DNA of 20,968 nucleotides from Pseudomonadota bacterium. Its GTDB lineage: Bacteria > Bdellovibrionota > Bdellovibrionia > Bdellovibrionales > SG-bin7. Below are positions 1 to 8,341 of this stretch, piece by piece. The notes beneath the pieces are model-generated. The model ran no database searches, was not told where the DNA came from, and saw only the letters and a program-made list of their open reading frames with translations. A program made the position numbers and the translations under genes. Position 1 is the first letter of the stretch. Each line of letters opens with the position of its first letter. The stretch covers positions 1 through 20,968 of the forward strand of contig JAWXAY010000017.1 in the NCBI GenBank assembly GCA_034439715.1. Reading direction: 5' to 3'.

Positions 1-103
1 AATCAAGATAAGTCTAAAAATATTCGGAAAAGTGAAGTTATTCCGGACCTCTCGGCAATTAAATCTCACCCGGTATACCCAACAAAGGGTATCAGTTTAA
101 TAG

Positions 104-1177
104 CTAATGTATTTTTTTAAAAAGTGTCGCGGTAAATACCAGAATAAAAGGCCCAATAAAAAGTCCCGCAAATCCAAATATAAATAACGAACCGATAAGG
201 GCAAAAAAACTTAAAAATGGATTTAAATTGGTTTTATTGTTTGAAATCAAAATTGGGCGTAAAAAGTTATCTATTATTGAAGCACTTAAACCAAAAATGC
301 CCACGATTATTGCCCTTTGAGTACCGAACTCCGACAGAGCGTAAACAGTGCAGGCAATGGTAATAGGTAGCACACCAACAATGGGAATCATTGCTGAAAA
401 AAAAGAGAATATAAATACAATCGGCCAGCCAGCAATTCCAATAACAATTGAACCTATGGTTAAGATAGAGGCCTGGGCTAATGCTGTCACAATTGTCGTG
501 GTAACTGACTGATAGGCGCTCCGTTTGGCTGTTGAAATCAGAAAAGACAGCGTGGCGTTATTTTTTGGTGAAAAAAAAGCAAATCCAAAATGTTCAATTG
601 TCTTAATTTTGTGAATTAAAAATACAAATAGAAAAAAAAAGAAAAATATCTGAATGGCATTGCTAGGAACTCGCGTGAGACCTTGCAGCCCAAAGGCAAA
701 GATAGAATCGAAAATAGTGCTTGCGGACTCTGAGAGTTTGGACTCAATTGTTCCCGTATTGTCAAACTGATGCCAAACTTTTGTAATCTGCTCTTTTAGA
801 ATCCGTAGCATCGGCAAAAATAATTCAGAAATTTTTATTTTAATTTTTGCAAGGGACGTGGGATCAGACACTGAACTCATGGCCGACAACATCATTTTTA
901 TTGTCGACATAGAGAGAGAGATAAATGCGAGACTTGCCACCCCGAGAGATCCATATAGTAATAGTTGTTTTTGTTTCGAAAGTTGCGCTATTCGGTCCTT
1001 CACCCCGATGACCGCAAAAGAAAATATTATGGCCAGCGTTGCTGATTTAGCAAAGGGCAAGAACAGGGTTGTAAGGGCCAATATAGAGATAATGAGTACG
1101 ATTCGGAGAAGTTGAAACCTCGAACCAAAGGAAAATAAATTTCCTTTGGCTAAACTTAATCCAGTAAGCTGCTTCAT
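104..1177 (-). CDS. AI-2E family transporter (PerM/YtvI-like, UPF0118)
   Basis: 357-aa multi-TM protein. The C-terminal half has the family motifs 'FSAMIPIVG', 'IIDNFLRPILI' and 'LIGSLFIFGFAGLFIGPFIL'. The start codon is uncertain (weak RBS). Confidence 0.85.
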   Translation of the reverse strand: MKQLTGLSLAKGNLFSFGSRFQLLRIVLIISILALTTLFLPFAKSATLAIIFSFAVIGVKDRIAQLSKQKQLLLYGSLGVASLAFISLSMSTIKMMLSAMSSVSDPTSLAKIKIKISELFLPMLRILKEQITKVWHQFDNTGTIESKLSESASTIFDSIFAFGLQGLTRVPSNAIQIFFFFFLFVFLIHKIKTIEHFGFAFFSPKNNATLSFLISTAKRSAYQSVTTTIVTALAQASILTIGSIVIGIAGWPIVFIFSFFSAMIPIVGVLPITIACTVYALSEFGTQRAIIVGIFGLSASIIDNFLRPILISNNKTNLNPFLSFFALIGSLFIFGFAGLFIGPFILVFTATLFKKIH

Positions 1178-1202
1178 TTTATCGTCCGAACTGTCGTGTA
1201 GA

Positions 1203-1841
1203 CTAGAGTTCTAGCGGAAAGGATAAGCTGGCCAACCAAGTCTTACTCTCTAGTTCGACGCTATCTATTGTAGAACCAGGTGCAAATGAAAATGTGCCGA
1301 CTTGCTCGAGGTTAGATTGTCCGTATTTTTGTTCTTGATACTCAAGGTTTAGACTCACAGCTGCCAATCTAAAACCTGCGCCCACTCGGTATCCCGAGGC
1401 GTCCCGAAATCTGACGTCAAAGCCTTCACTTTCTTCAGGATTTAGGTCGCCACCGAGAATATATGATCCCCACAACCTGAGTCCAACAATGGGCATTTGC
1501 ACGCCAACAACTGGTCCGTAATTTGTCGAAACAGCCCTGGCATCATAATTAACGGACGAATCCTTAAACTGGGGCATCGAGTACCGACCATCAACGCCTA
1601 GAAAAAAAGCTTCACTTAAATGAAAGCCAATTCTCGCACCCAATCCAAAGCCTTCTGAATTGCCCGAAGAGTTCGAAAGGGGGGTAGGATAGCTGACGGA
1701 ATTTTGGCCCGTCTCACTATTTATCGAGGGTTCGACAAAAAGCCCACCTTCGGGTTCTTCGGCCCTCACCTGTGGTGCCACGATCCAAATTAAACTAAAT
1801 ACTATAATGAGTTTTTTTAAGGTCAAAATAACTGTGTTCAT
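1203..1841 (-). CDS. Exported outer-membrane beta-barrel protein (small OMP_b-brl-like)
   Basis: Start reassigned from 1985 to ATG 1841: an AAAGGA RBS lies upstream and this avoids overlap with the hemerythrin gene. Signal peptide ending VRA-EE, then alternating amphipathic strands (GFGLGARIGF, FFLGVDGRY, GYRVGAGF, LNLEYQ, WLASLSFPL). Confidence 0.75.
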   Translation of the reverse strand: MNTVILTLKKLIIVFSLIWIVAPQVRAEEPEGGLFVEPSINSETGQNSVSYPTPLSNSSGNSEGFGLGARIGFHLSEAFFLGVDGRYSMPQFKDSSVNYDARAVSTNYGPVVGVQMPIVGLRLWGSYILGGDLNPEESEGFDVRFRDASGYRVGAGFRLAAVSLNLEYQEQKYGQSNLEQVGTFSFAPGSTIDSVELESKTWLASLSFPLEL

Positions 1842-1869
1842 AACGGCATAGTCCTTTCTATTTTGTTTG

Positions 1870-2376
1870 TTAGGAATGAAGAGCTGTCGTCCGGGGCACA
1901 GAGCTTCTTGTTTTTCTACCATTGGCATTTCTGTTTCCCATTGGATTTTCATATTTCTCGCAGAGATCGGCATCGGTACTGTCATCGAGTTGTTTTTTCA
2001 GTTTGGGAAAGACTTCAGTTTCTTCTTCGTCAACGTGATGCTCGATGAGCTCGGCCAGTACTTTACCTTTGGCCGACCAGTCTTCTGGTGAGATTTTCTC
2101 TGATTTCATTTCCTTCACTAACTGATCAACAAGCCGGTGCTCTTCTTCTCCCTCAAGTGCCATAGGCTTGAGATCCTCGGCATCTGCCGATTTCATATAG
2201 GAGTAAACTGCACTCTCTTCTCGCTTGGTGTGCGACACGAGATTAGGAATCAGTCTCGCAAAAGAATTTCGTCTTTCTCTCATTGAGAGTTCGGTATCCT
2301 TAAGATTCCTAATATCTTCTCGTAGTTCGTCATGATCTCTTACTAACGCATTTACTGTTTGAGATGAAAAAAACAT
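1870..2376 (-). CDS. Hemerythrin/HHE cation-binding domain protein
   Basis: Di-iron ligand pattern 'DHDEL', 'HTKREE..VY', 'EEEHRLV', 'EHHVDEEETEVFP'; strong AAGGAGGAG RBS. Confidence 0.9.
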   Translation of the reverse strand: MFFSSQTVNALVRDHDELREDIRNLKDTELSMRERRNSFARLIPNLVSHTKREESAVYSYMKSADAEDLKPMALEGEEEHRLVDQLVKEMKSEKISPEDWSAKGKVLAELIEHHVDEEETEVFPKLKKQLDDSTDADLCEKYENPMGNRNANGRKTRSSVPRTTALHS

Positions 2377-2402
2377 AGCTCCTCCTTTAATTTATTTTGT
2401 TA

Positions 2403-2585
2403 CTAGGGAAGTTGTCTGGGACTTCTTCCGGAAATCAATGAACCTGTAAACGAAATTGCTGCAAGAATTAGAAATACTACTAATAGTACTCTACCAATCT
2501 CCATTGACAGCCCAGCCACTCCGCTGGCTCCAAGTACAAAGGCAATAAGGGCCAGTACAAAAAAAGCTATTGCTGCACGTATCAT
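2403..2585 (-). CDS. ytjA: DUF1328 / UPF0391 small membrane protein (YtjA-like)
   Basis: 60 aa, 'AIAFFVLALIAFVLGASGVAGLSMEIGRVLLVVFLILAAIS' matches the two-helix DUF1328 pattern; AGGAGG RBS. Confidence 0.9.
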   Translation of the reverse strand: MIRAAIAFFVLALIAFVLGASGVAGLSMEIGRVLLVVFLILAAISFTGSLISGRSPRQLP

Positions 2586-2598
2586 AAATTCCTCCTAG

Positions 2599-2790
2599 TT
2601 AGTCTTCGTGTTCTTTTTGAATAAATTCTTTGTTCTTGATGGTTTCTTCTTCAGGGTGTCGCTCAGTATCCAAACTTTTTTTATCGTGGTTTTTTTTGGG
2701 CTGTTTTTTTTCATTTTTGTTATTAATATAGGGATAAGGTATGGAGTTTGCCTGATTGTTTTTAGGTGGCTTTGCATCTTTGTTATACAT
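2599..2790 (-). CDS. Small hydrophilic, Lys/Glu/Asn-rich hypothetical protein (first gene of the stress-type cluster)
   Basis: 63 aa; strong RBS (GCAGGAGGATTA-ATG); stop 13 nt before the next gene; lies just downstream of the sigma54-type promoter. Confidence 0.6.
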   Translation of the reverse strand: MYNKDAKPPKNNQANSIPYPYINNKNEKKQPKKNHDKKSLDTERHPEEETIKNKEFIQKEHED

Positions 2791-2848
2791 TAATCCTCCT
2801 GCGTCAGTTGTTTATTTAAACGGCTGCTAAACCTCTGGCTACTCAGGG

Positions 2849-2866
2849 TTGCAAAACGCTGGCCAA
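2849..2866 (-). promoter_or_regulatory. Sigma54 (RpoN) -24/-12 promoter
   Basis: Minus strand reads TTGGCCAGCGTTTTGCAA = TGGC-N7-TTGCA with exact GG-N10-GC spacing, about 60 nt upstream of ATG 2790. Confidence 0.7.
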
Positions 2867-2956
2867 TCTTAAAATATAGTAAAAGTGATTTAGAATCGCC
2901 TACGGGGCGTTGTTCTCCTAAGAGAACGATAACGTGAACCAATTATACCCGCGAAG

Positions 2957-3313
2957 CTAAAAGGGTGCTCCACGAGAAATCCAAAGGAGGAGTCGCGCTT
3001 TAGGTTCCGCGGGTAAAGGTGGCGCTTCACTGGGCGGCATATCCCCAAATTCAATTTGGGTCCTAATACTTTCAAGTACACCAACGACGTTATCGTAGTT
3101 TTCCAAATTTACTAGACCCTTGTTGCCGCCAGCCTGGCTGTGACATTCAAAGCAAAAAGGACTAAAGACTTGCGTGGTTATGTTTTCAAAACCGTCCGAA
3201 GTCGCTTTGTCGATGGGGTCTTCAAGCACCGGAGAATGCTCTGGGTTTGTAAAGCCACAGGCCCCTAACAAGCAAACATAAATTATAAGGCTATCACGCA
3301 GAATTTTTTTCAT
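2957..3313 (-). CDS. Mono-heme cytochrome c lipoprotein (planctomycete cytochrome C-like)
   Basis: Lipobox LLGA-C; heme motif CFECH (3140-3154); 'DMPP' candidate distal Met and C-terminal 'LLLWISRGAP', typical of this domain; GGAG RBS. Confidence 0.85.
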   Translation of the reverse strand: MKKILRDSLIIYVCLLGACGFTNPEHSPVLEDPIDKATSDGFENITTQVFSPFCFECHSQAGGNKGLVNLENYDNVVGVLESIRTQIEFGDMPPSEAPPLPAEPKARLLLWISRGAPF

Positions 3314-3325
3314 GGCTCCAACATC

Positions 3326-3352
3326 CTATCGGTGCCTCGCTTTAGATTTTAA
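3326..3352 (-). promoter_or_regulatory. Sigma28 (FliA)-like promoter
   Basis: TTAA-N15-ACCGATAG on the minus strand, 12 nt upstream of ATG 3313. Confidence 0.5.
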
Positions 3353-3376
3353 CTAGCCATTGGCCTCAAATTAAGA

Positions 3377-4870
3377 TCAAAGTCCAAAATTAACCGCATT
3401 GATGTAAAGGCGTTGAATGCCAGCTGTCCCAAGGCAAGTATCGTTTAGAAAGGCGCAGGTAAAATAGAAGCCCACTACAGTGCCACTGCCAAAGCGCCTC
3501 ACGGCGACAGCATCGTTGCCAGCTTGATCCTTCATGATTGTCTCAGATTGCTCGCTGCCAAATTGACGTAGTCCTCCAATGGAATGACCGGCCTCCAGAG
3601 GTATATCAGTAGTGACTCCATCTAGCATAGGATGGCTTTTTTTCTCAGGCAGAGGTATCAAAGAAAAAGTGCCACTGTTTGAAGTTGTAAATAAAAATAG
3701 AACGAGGTCAGGCATTTCTTGGAGAAATCTCTCACTATCGAAAGCATAAGAAGTCCACTCAGAAGTAATAAAAGTACCGCCAGCCTTTACGAACTTCACT
3801 AGCGCTTTTTGTCCTGATACATTCATGTCAATTCCATAATTCATTCCATTAAAATAAATAACAGTACTAAAATTCGACAGTCCGACCCCATCGAAGGAGT
3901 TGGAAGTGTCTTTATAAAACGTTATAGTGGCACCTTCTTTTTCGAGTGCCTTTGTCAATGATACCAAGGGCTCAAGTTTTTGGTCCCATAGTACTAAAAT
4001 TTCGGCGCCTTTTTTAAAGATCATCCCGAGCTCTTGAGCCTTGTCTTTTGAAATCGGAAGAATTGTTTTTTGATTGAATATCACCTTGCTAAAGTTGGCG
4101 TCTGCGAAATTTATCTTGCTAAGATCAGCGCCACGAACATCAGAGGATTCAAAGTTGCTACCAGTGAGATCGGCACCCTTTAGTTGAGCTCGTTTTAGCG
4201 AAGACGAAGTAATTGAGGCCAGAGATAAGTTCGCTTTTACTAGAATAGTACTATTAAATATTACTTTTTCGCCATGAACCTTAGATAGATTTGCCTCTTC
4301 AAGGTTAGCACCCGTAAAATCGGCGCCAGAGAGTTTACTGCTTGCAATAGAAGCGCTGTCTAACGTGGTCTCGATAAATTTGGTATTTGTAAAATTACAA
4401 GACTCGCAGTTAAAATAACTAAGCAGCCCTTTTGAAAGATCTGCTTGCGAAAAATCTGCCTGAACAATGCTAGCCTCATTAAACACTACATTTTTTAAAA
4501 TGGATTTTTTAAAATTGGCATTCTGAATTTTTGCATTTGCGAACTCAACACCCGAAAGATTCGCTCCCTCAAAGTTCACGTCGATTAAAATGGTTTTGTT
4601 GAGTGACGATAATTGCAGGTCCGAACCCATAAATTGAGTGCCACTAAAATCTATGTCATCGAGATTAAAGCGACCAAGAATAACTCCGCGTAAATCAGAG
4701 CATTGGCCAAAGTAACCCTTGTTAAGGCCCGCTTGGCCCTGCTCATTGATACATTTTCCATCTTTGTATCTAAAGCCCATATCGCCAGTGATAACCGCGC
4801 TTGTGCTCAAAAATAAAGTGCCGATAAAAAATAGTCCTTGTCCTAACATTTTTTTGTTCAGTTTATTCAT
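3377..4870 (-). CDS. Exported pentapeptide-repeat protein with C-terminal class I glutamine amidotransferase-like (flavodoxin-like alpha/beta) domain
   Basis: N-terminal hydrophobic signal; about 40 A(D/N)(L/F)xx repeats (ANLSG, ADFSQ ADLSK, ADFTG ANLEE ANLSK, ADLTG); C-terminal 'ALVKFVKAGGTFITSEW...HPMLDGV...AVRRFGSGTVV' resembles GATase1-like/ThuA-like domains. ATGA overlap with the upstream gene. Confidence 0.8.
   Translation of the reverse strand: MNKLNKKMLGQGLFFIGTLFLSTSAVITGDMGFRYKDGKCINEQGQAGLNKGYFGQCSDLRGVILGRFNLDDIDFSGTQFMGSDLQLSSLNKTILIDVNFEGANLSGVEFANAKIQNANFKKSILKNVVFNEASIVQADFSQADLSKGLLSYFNCESCNFTNTKFIETTLDSASIASSKLSGADFTGANLEEANLSKVHGEKVIFNSTILVKANLSLASITSSSLKRAQLKGADLTGSNFESSDVRGADLSKINFADANFSKVIFNQKTILPISKDKAQELGMIFKKGAEILVLWDQKLEPLVSLTKALEKEGATITFYKDTSNSFDGVGLSNFSTVIYFNGMNYGIDMNVSGQKALVKFVKAGGTFITSEWTSYAFDSERFLQEMPDLVLFLFTTSNSGTFSLIPLPEKKSHPMLDGVTTDIPLEAGHSIGGLRQFGSEQSETIMKDQAGNDAVAVRRFGSGTVVGFYFTCAFLNDTCLGTAGIQRLYINAVNFGL
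4060..4700 (-). repeat. Pentapeptide (Rfr beta-helix) repeat tract within CDS; boundaries approximate
   Basis: Tandem 5-residue repeats with L/F at the central position in the translated ORF. Confidence 0.8.
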
Positions 4871-5295
4871 TTGGGATCCCCGTTGGTGCTTTGTGTAAAA
4901 ATGGCGTGAGCTTCTTTTCGTGTTTCTTTCAGCTTTTTGATTTGTCGTAATGACTCTTGCAATAATTGATCTACGACTGTGCTCTCGAGACCTTCAGCGA
5001 GAGTTATAATTTGATTCATAATAGCTTGGTATTGAGCCAATAGTTCCTTTTGTTTAATCGGGTCATTGGTAATGTGGTCCAAGTTAGGGACCTGTGATCT
5101 TGCCTGACGAAAGAGAGCGGTCAATTCGCGACAGTCCGTCAAAGTGTCACTTCCTAAATCTCCCTCTGAGATGACGGCTGTTTGAATGCTATTAAAGATC
5201 TCGCCCGTACGAATCATTGTTTGTTTGAGGTCTTCGGCATGAGAATTTGACCACAGTAATAATCCCAAGAAGAGTGTTAAAAACCATTTAGTCAT
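4867..5295 (-). CDS. cybC: Cytochrome b562-like four-helix-bundle periplasmic protein
   Basis: Start reassigned to ATG 5295 (CAGGAG RBS). Signal peptide ending SHA. The mature N-terminus 'AEDLKQTM' parallels E. coli b562 'ADLEDNM' (Met ligand), and 'LKETRKEAHAIF' parallels 'LKTTRNAYHQKYR' (His ligand). No CxxCH. Confidence 0.75.
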   Translation of the reverse strand: MTKWFLTLFLGLLLWSNSHAEDLKQTMIRTGEIFNSIQTAVISEGDLGSDTLTDCRELTALFRQARSQVPNLDHITNDPIKQKELLAQYQAIMNQIITLAEGLESTVVDQLLQESLRQIKKLKETRKEAHAIFTQSTNGDPK

Positions 5296-6394
5296 GTTGT
5301 CGCTCCTGTCCTTCGGCCAGCCAAAACCTGACAGCATCAATAAGCTCCTGCTGCTCTGATTCCGATAACTGTTTGTGATTAGAGGTGCCTTTAACAGGGA
5401 ATGATACTAGGGGAGAGGTCATTGGATATTGTGCATTGACGAGAGCGCTGGTGGATTTGCATAAATCAGATTCTGAATCATCAATGTTTAGCATTCGAGT
5501 CCCAATTGCCTGGCCTTCAGAATTATGGCAAGTGTCGCAGCGCACGCGGTTAAAAATCGGTAGCATGTATTTTTTGAATCGATTCCTACCAAAGCAGTCA
5601 GCTTGCTCGACCTTTTGAATTTCAACAAATGAAATCGAAAGTTTAGGATTAGCTAGGCCGTCCTTGAGTATTATAATGGCTTGGGCTGATAGCAGGGGAG
5701 TAGCAGTCTCTACTCCGGCAACGTCTATGGGAACAAATGGTACAGATTTGGAAATATCAGTAAAGGCATTTGCGACTTGGTCGTATTTTCCATTGAGAAG
5801 TACTTTTATGTCTTTAACAAGTAAGGCGCCAGACCCATTTATGAATCGAGGAAAGCGCACTCGGTAAGCGCCCTTGGTATCAGGAGAAGTAGGTATAAAA
5901 TCTTGAACTTCAATCTGAAAGCGTACTCCGTCGAGATCTTTTTCAAGGTCTTTTAAATTAAATGTCAGGCTCGTAAATTCGTTCTCAGATTTGGGTAACT
6001 CTTTTGGTAGGGGTATTTCTGCTGTAAAATATTTTCCATTTCGAAGACAGATTTTTTCTCCGCTCTCCCACCAAGTGCGAGCTTTTTCTGCCATGTCCAA
6101 ACCTGATTCAAACTCGCACGATTCTTCTTTACAATGTCCATTGCCCGCTCTAATCACAAGCAGAGATTCTTCTATTTTTGAAAAATTCATGTAGTTTAAA
6201 AGGTGTTGATAACTTTTGAAAGGATCGCTCGTAGCAAATGGGGGAGCTTCAGCTTTTCGGCCGTCATGGCACTTCACGCAGTCTTTTCTGACTTTGACAT
6301 AAACGGACTCTTGAAAGGACTTAAGGCCCTCATCGCAAGCGCTTACAAATTCGGGAGATCCCAGGAACAACGAAATTACAAATATTAACATCAT
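5288..6394 (-). CDS. Exported di-heme c-type cytochrome of unknown function
   Basis: Signal peptide; two heme motifs CVKCH (6266-6280) and CDTCH (5525-5539) flanking a beta-rich middle domain; candidate distal His in 'GNGHC' and 'SNHKQ'; several additional Cys. Confidence 0.8.
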   Translation of the reverse strand: MMLIFVISLFLGSPEFVSACDEGLKSFQESVYVKVRKDCVKCHDGRKAEAPPFATSDPFKSYQHLLNYMNFSKIEESLLVIRAGNGHCKEESCEFESGLDMAEKARTWWESGEKICLRNGKYFTAEIPLPKELPKSENEFTSLTFNLKDLEKDLDGVRFQIEVQDFIPTSPDTKGAYRVRFPRFINGSGALLVKDIKVLLNGKYDQVANAFTDISKSVPFVPIDVAGVETATPLLSAQAIIILKDGLANPKLSISFVEIQKVEQADCFGRNRFKKYMLPIFNRVRCDTCHNSEGQAIGTRMLNIDDSESDLCKSTSALVNAQYPMTSPLVSFPVKGTSNHKQLSESEQQELIDAVRFWLAEGQERQHD

Positions 6395-6397
6395 GCT

Positions 6398-7789
6398 TTA
6401 AACCTTTCCTTCAAAGATCAGTACGCTTTTTAACTGTCCCGCTTCGGTAAAAATACCTGGCGCGTGAGTTGGAAATTCGTCAATTTTGCCGCAAATATTA
6501 AGATAATTTGCGAACACAGCATAGCCAACAAGTGAGGGGTCTCGACCAAGAAGGGTATTTCGATCAGCACCTTGGCCTTCGGTAAAGTGGCCAACCTGAG
6601 TTCTTATCATTTTTGGCGGTCCACTCGGTGAGTAGTACCCTATCACAGTCATACACTTGTCTTCGCTATCGCCCGACCACATGCGTGTGCCTTCAATGTT
6701 TTCGTTACCACCATCTGTTAAGAGCTGAAAGAAAAATGGTTTTTTTAAGCGATGTGCCAGCTCGATGGCGCGGCCTATTTGCACTCCCATTTCTAAATCT
6801 TTGGCGTCACCTGTAGTTTGTGTTCCATCATGATAGTCGCAGTCACCGAGAGTCCAAACCGCTGGACCACTTTGCCCTTTCAACGTGTTCATCACCAGAG
6901 CTGCAGCTACTGCGTTTGCTGTGCTCGGTGTTGTATTTTGATCGATTTGGTAAACGGCCTGTACCTCAGGATCAGTTCGAGGATCGAGGCCGGCCACACC
7001 CTCTAAAAAATCGAGACTTTTTTCGTAAGCACACTTTGATAATTCACCTAATACTTTACCGTCAGGCAAATCAAGGTAGTCATTTTTTTGAATTCGACTT
7101 ATTTCAATGGCACTCTGTGCGAGCGTTTTTAATTGCGGCAGCTTTAAATTTCCGAGCGAGCTGCCACCGAAGCTTGAAGATCCCAAAATATCGTCGATGC
7201 TCATTACGAAAATGGGTTTTAGCACCACACTGTCGATGACGGACGAACTATTGCCGCCAGAGGGTGAGCTTACAACTCCAACACCGTTTGAAATATAGGT
7301 CCCACGAAAGCCAGCACGAAGAGCCAAGGTGGCAGCATTGGTTTTATTAGCAGTGGTATCAAAGGGAGCCGCATGACAGATGCTTCCCATTCTGAAATTT
7401 TTTCGAGCCTCATTGCTACTATTGGAAAGAATGCCCTCTAATATTTTGCTGACACCAGCAGCCATGGGCAGCCCAAAGTCTTTATTTAACGCCTTGCTTT
7501 TATGTGGGTTCCATCCCAATAAGCTATAAGATTTAAGTAAATCTTCTGGCCCACCTTTTTTACCGACTAAAAAGTTTCCCGGAAAGGACGCGCCGCCTGC
7601 CATGTCAAATGCCATAAACGGAACAAGCGATGGGCCATCAACTCCGCCGCCACATTCTTCGAGTGCCTTTCTAAGGCCCATGCCAAAAGCACTCGGTAAC
7701 GAAGCCATTCCGGCAAATGCAATTAAACCGTGAGCTAAGAAATCTCTTCGTGTAATTAATTTATGTTTAAAATCTTTTAACGGCTTCAT
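6398..7789 (-). CDS. Tat-exported protein, DUF1501-like family (homologues are often auto-labelled 'general secretion pathway protein GspF')
   Basis: Twin-arginine signal 'ITRRDFLAHG' followed by a hydrophobic stretch; motifs 'FDMAGGAS', 'GDCDYHDGT' and 'LLTDGG' recall DUF1501/alkaline-phosphatase-superfamily metal-site motifs. No PilC/GspF transmembrane topology. Confidence 0.7.
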   Translation of the reverse strand: MKPLKDFKHKLITRRDFLAHGLIAFAGMASLPSAFGMGLRKALEECGGGVDGPSLVPFMAFDMAGGASFPGNFLVGKKGGPEDLLKSYSLLGWNPHKSKALNKDFGLPMAAGVSKILEGILSNSSNEARKNFRMGSICHAAPFDTTANKTNAATLALRAGFRGTYISNGVGVVSSPSGGNSSSVIDSVVLKPIFVMSIDDILGSSSFGGSSLGNLKLPQLKTLAQSAIEISRIQKNDYLDLPDGKVLGELSKCAYEKSLDFLEGVAGLDPRTDPEVQAVYQIDQNTTPSTANAVAAALVMNTLKGQSGPAVWTLGDCDYHDGTQTTGDAKDLEMGVQIGRAIELAHRLKKPFFFQLLTDGGNENIEGTRMWSGDSEDKCMTVIGYYSPSGPPKMIRTQVGHFTEGQGADRNTLLGRDPSLVGYAVFANYLNICGKIDEFPTHAPGIFTEAGQLKSVLIFEGKV

Positions 7790-7798
7790 AAATGTACC

Positions 7799-8341
7799 TC
7801 ATTTTACTAAGAAGGCCAAACTAGTGGCGTAGGTTGTGCAAAGTATATGTAAAACATTTTCTGTTTCTATTTTTGAGTATTGGTTGGCAGCTCCAGCTTC
7901 GGACACTAGCTTTACCATTACTGTTGCCTCTTGGGGGTTGATGTCGCGATTCCAAAAGAGTCGAGAAAGGTGATTGGAAATTCTTTCGACAAGATAGTCG
8001 CTGAACTGTATGGGTCCAAGTTCAAAGTCGATATCTAAAAATAAAATTCGCTCACCTTTCGTGAGAATTTTTTCTCGGTCAATAGCTTTTTTACAAAACG
8101 CTCCAGACAACTCAGTCATTGCTAATACCGCAGGAGAATTGAGCTCGTCCGCCGTTCCGTTACGGGGTAAGCGTTCTTTACTTAGGCGAAAGATCTCTTG
8201 CAATGTACCATCCTTACCGTCGACACGGGTTACGCTTTCATAAGAGGCGTAGATTTCTCTGAAGTTTTTTAAGCGAATAGGATCTTGGGCACTTGAAATC
8301 TCTAACTGGAATAGACCTAAAATAATAAAAAAAGTTTTCAT
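7799..8341 (-). CDS. Exported helical hypothetical protein, part of the cytochrome operon
   Basis: Start reassigned to ATG 8341 (ATGA overlap with the upstream stop, GGAG RBS). Signal peptide ending SSA-QD; motif 'IRLKNFREIYASYESVT...LAMTELSGAFC'. Confidence 0.7.
   Translation of the reverse strand: MKTFFIILGLFQLEISSAQDPIRLKNFREIYASYESVTRVDGKDGTLQEIFRLSKERLPRNGTADELNSPAVLAMTELSGAFCKKAIDREKILTKGERILFLDIDFELGPIQFSDYLVERISNHLSRLFWNRDINPQEATVMVKLVSEAGAANQYSKIETENVLHILCTTYATSLAFLVK

Noticed and set aside
75..92. Hairpin ATACCC-AACAAA-GGGTAT downstream of the AI-2E gene as an intrinsic terminator
   Set aside because: Only a 6-bp stem and no U-tract on the minus strand; too weak to call.
1842..1985. 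N-terminal extensions given by the ORF track (also 5296-5340, 8342-8377, 9586-9609, 12008-12139, 12010-12051)
   Set aside because: Downstream ATGs have RBSs and place signal peptides or REC domains at the N-terminus; the extensions overlap neighbouring genes or promoters.
2595..2793. Alternative ORFs 2595-2777 (-) and 2608-2793 (+)
   Set aside because: They overlap the 2599-2790 ORF, which alone has a strong RBS; they are best explained as by-products of low-complexity sequence.
3377..4870. Qnr/MfpA quinolone-resistance protein
   Set aside because: It has a signal peptide and a large extra domain and sits in an exported-protein operon; Qnr proteins are about 220-aa cytoplasmic proteins.
6398..7789. 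Type II secretion GspF call for the Tat protein
   Set aside because: True GspF/PilC proteins are polytopic inner-membrane proteins. This one has a Tat signal and a soluble alpha/beta body, and no other T2SS genes are nearby.
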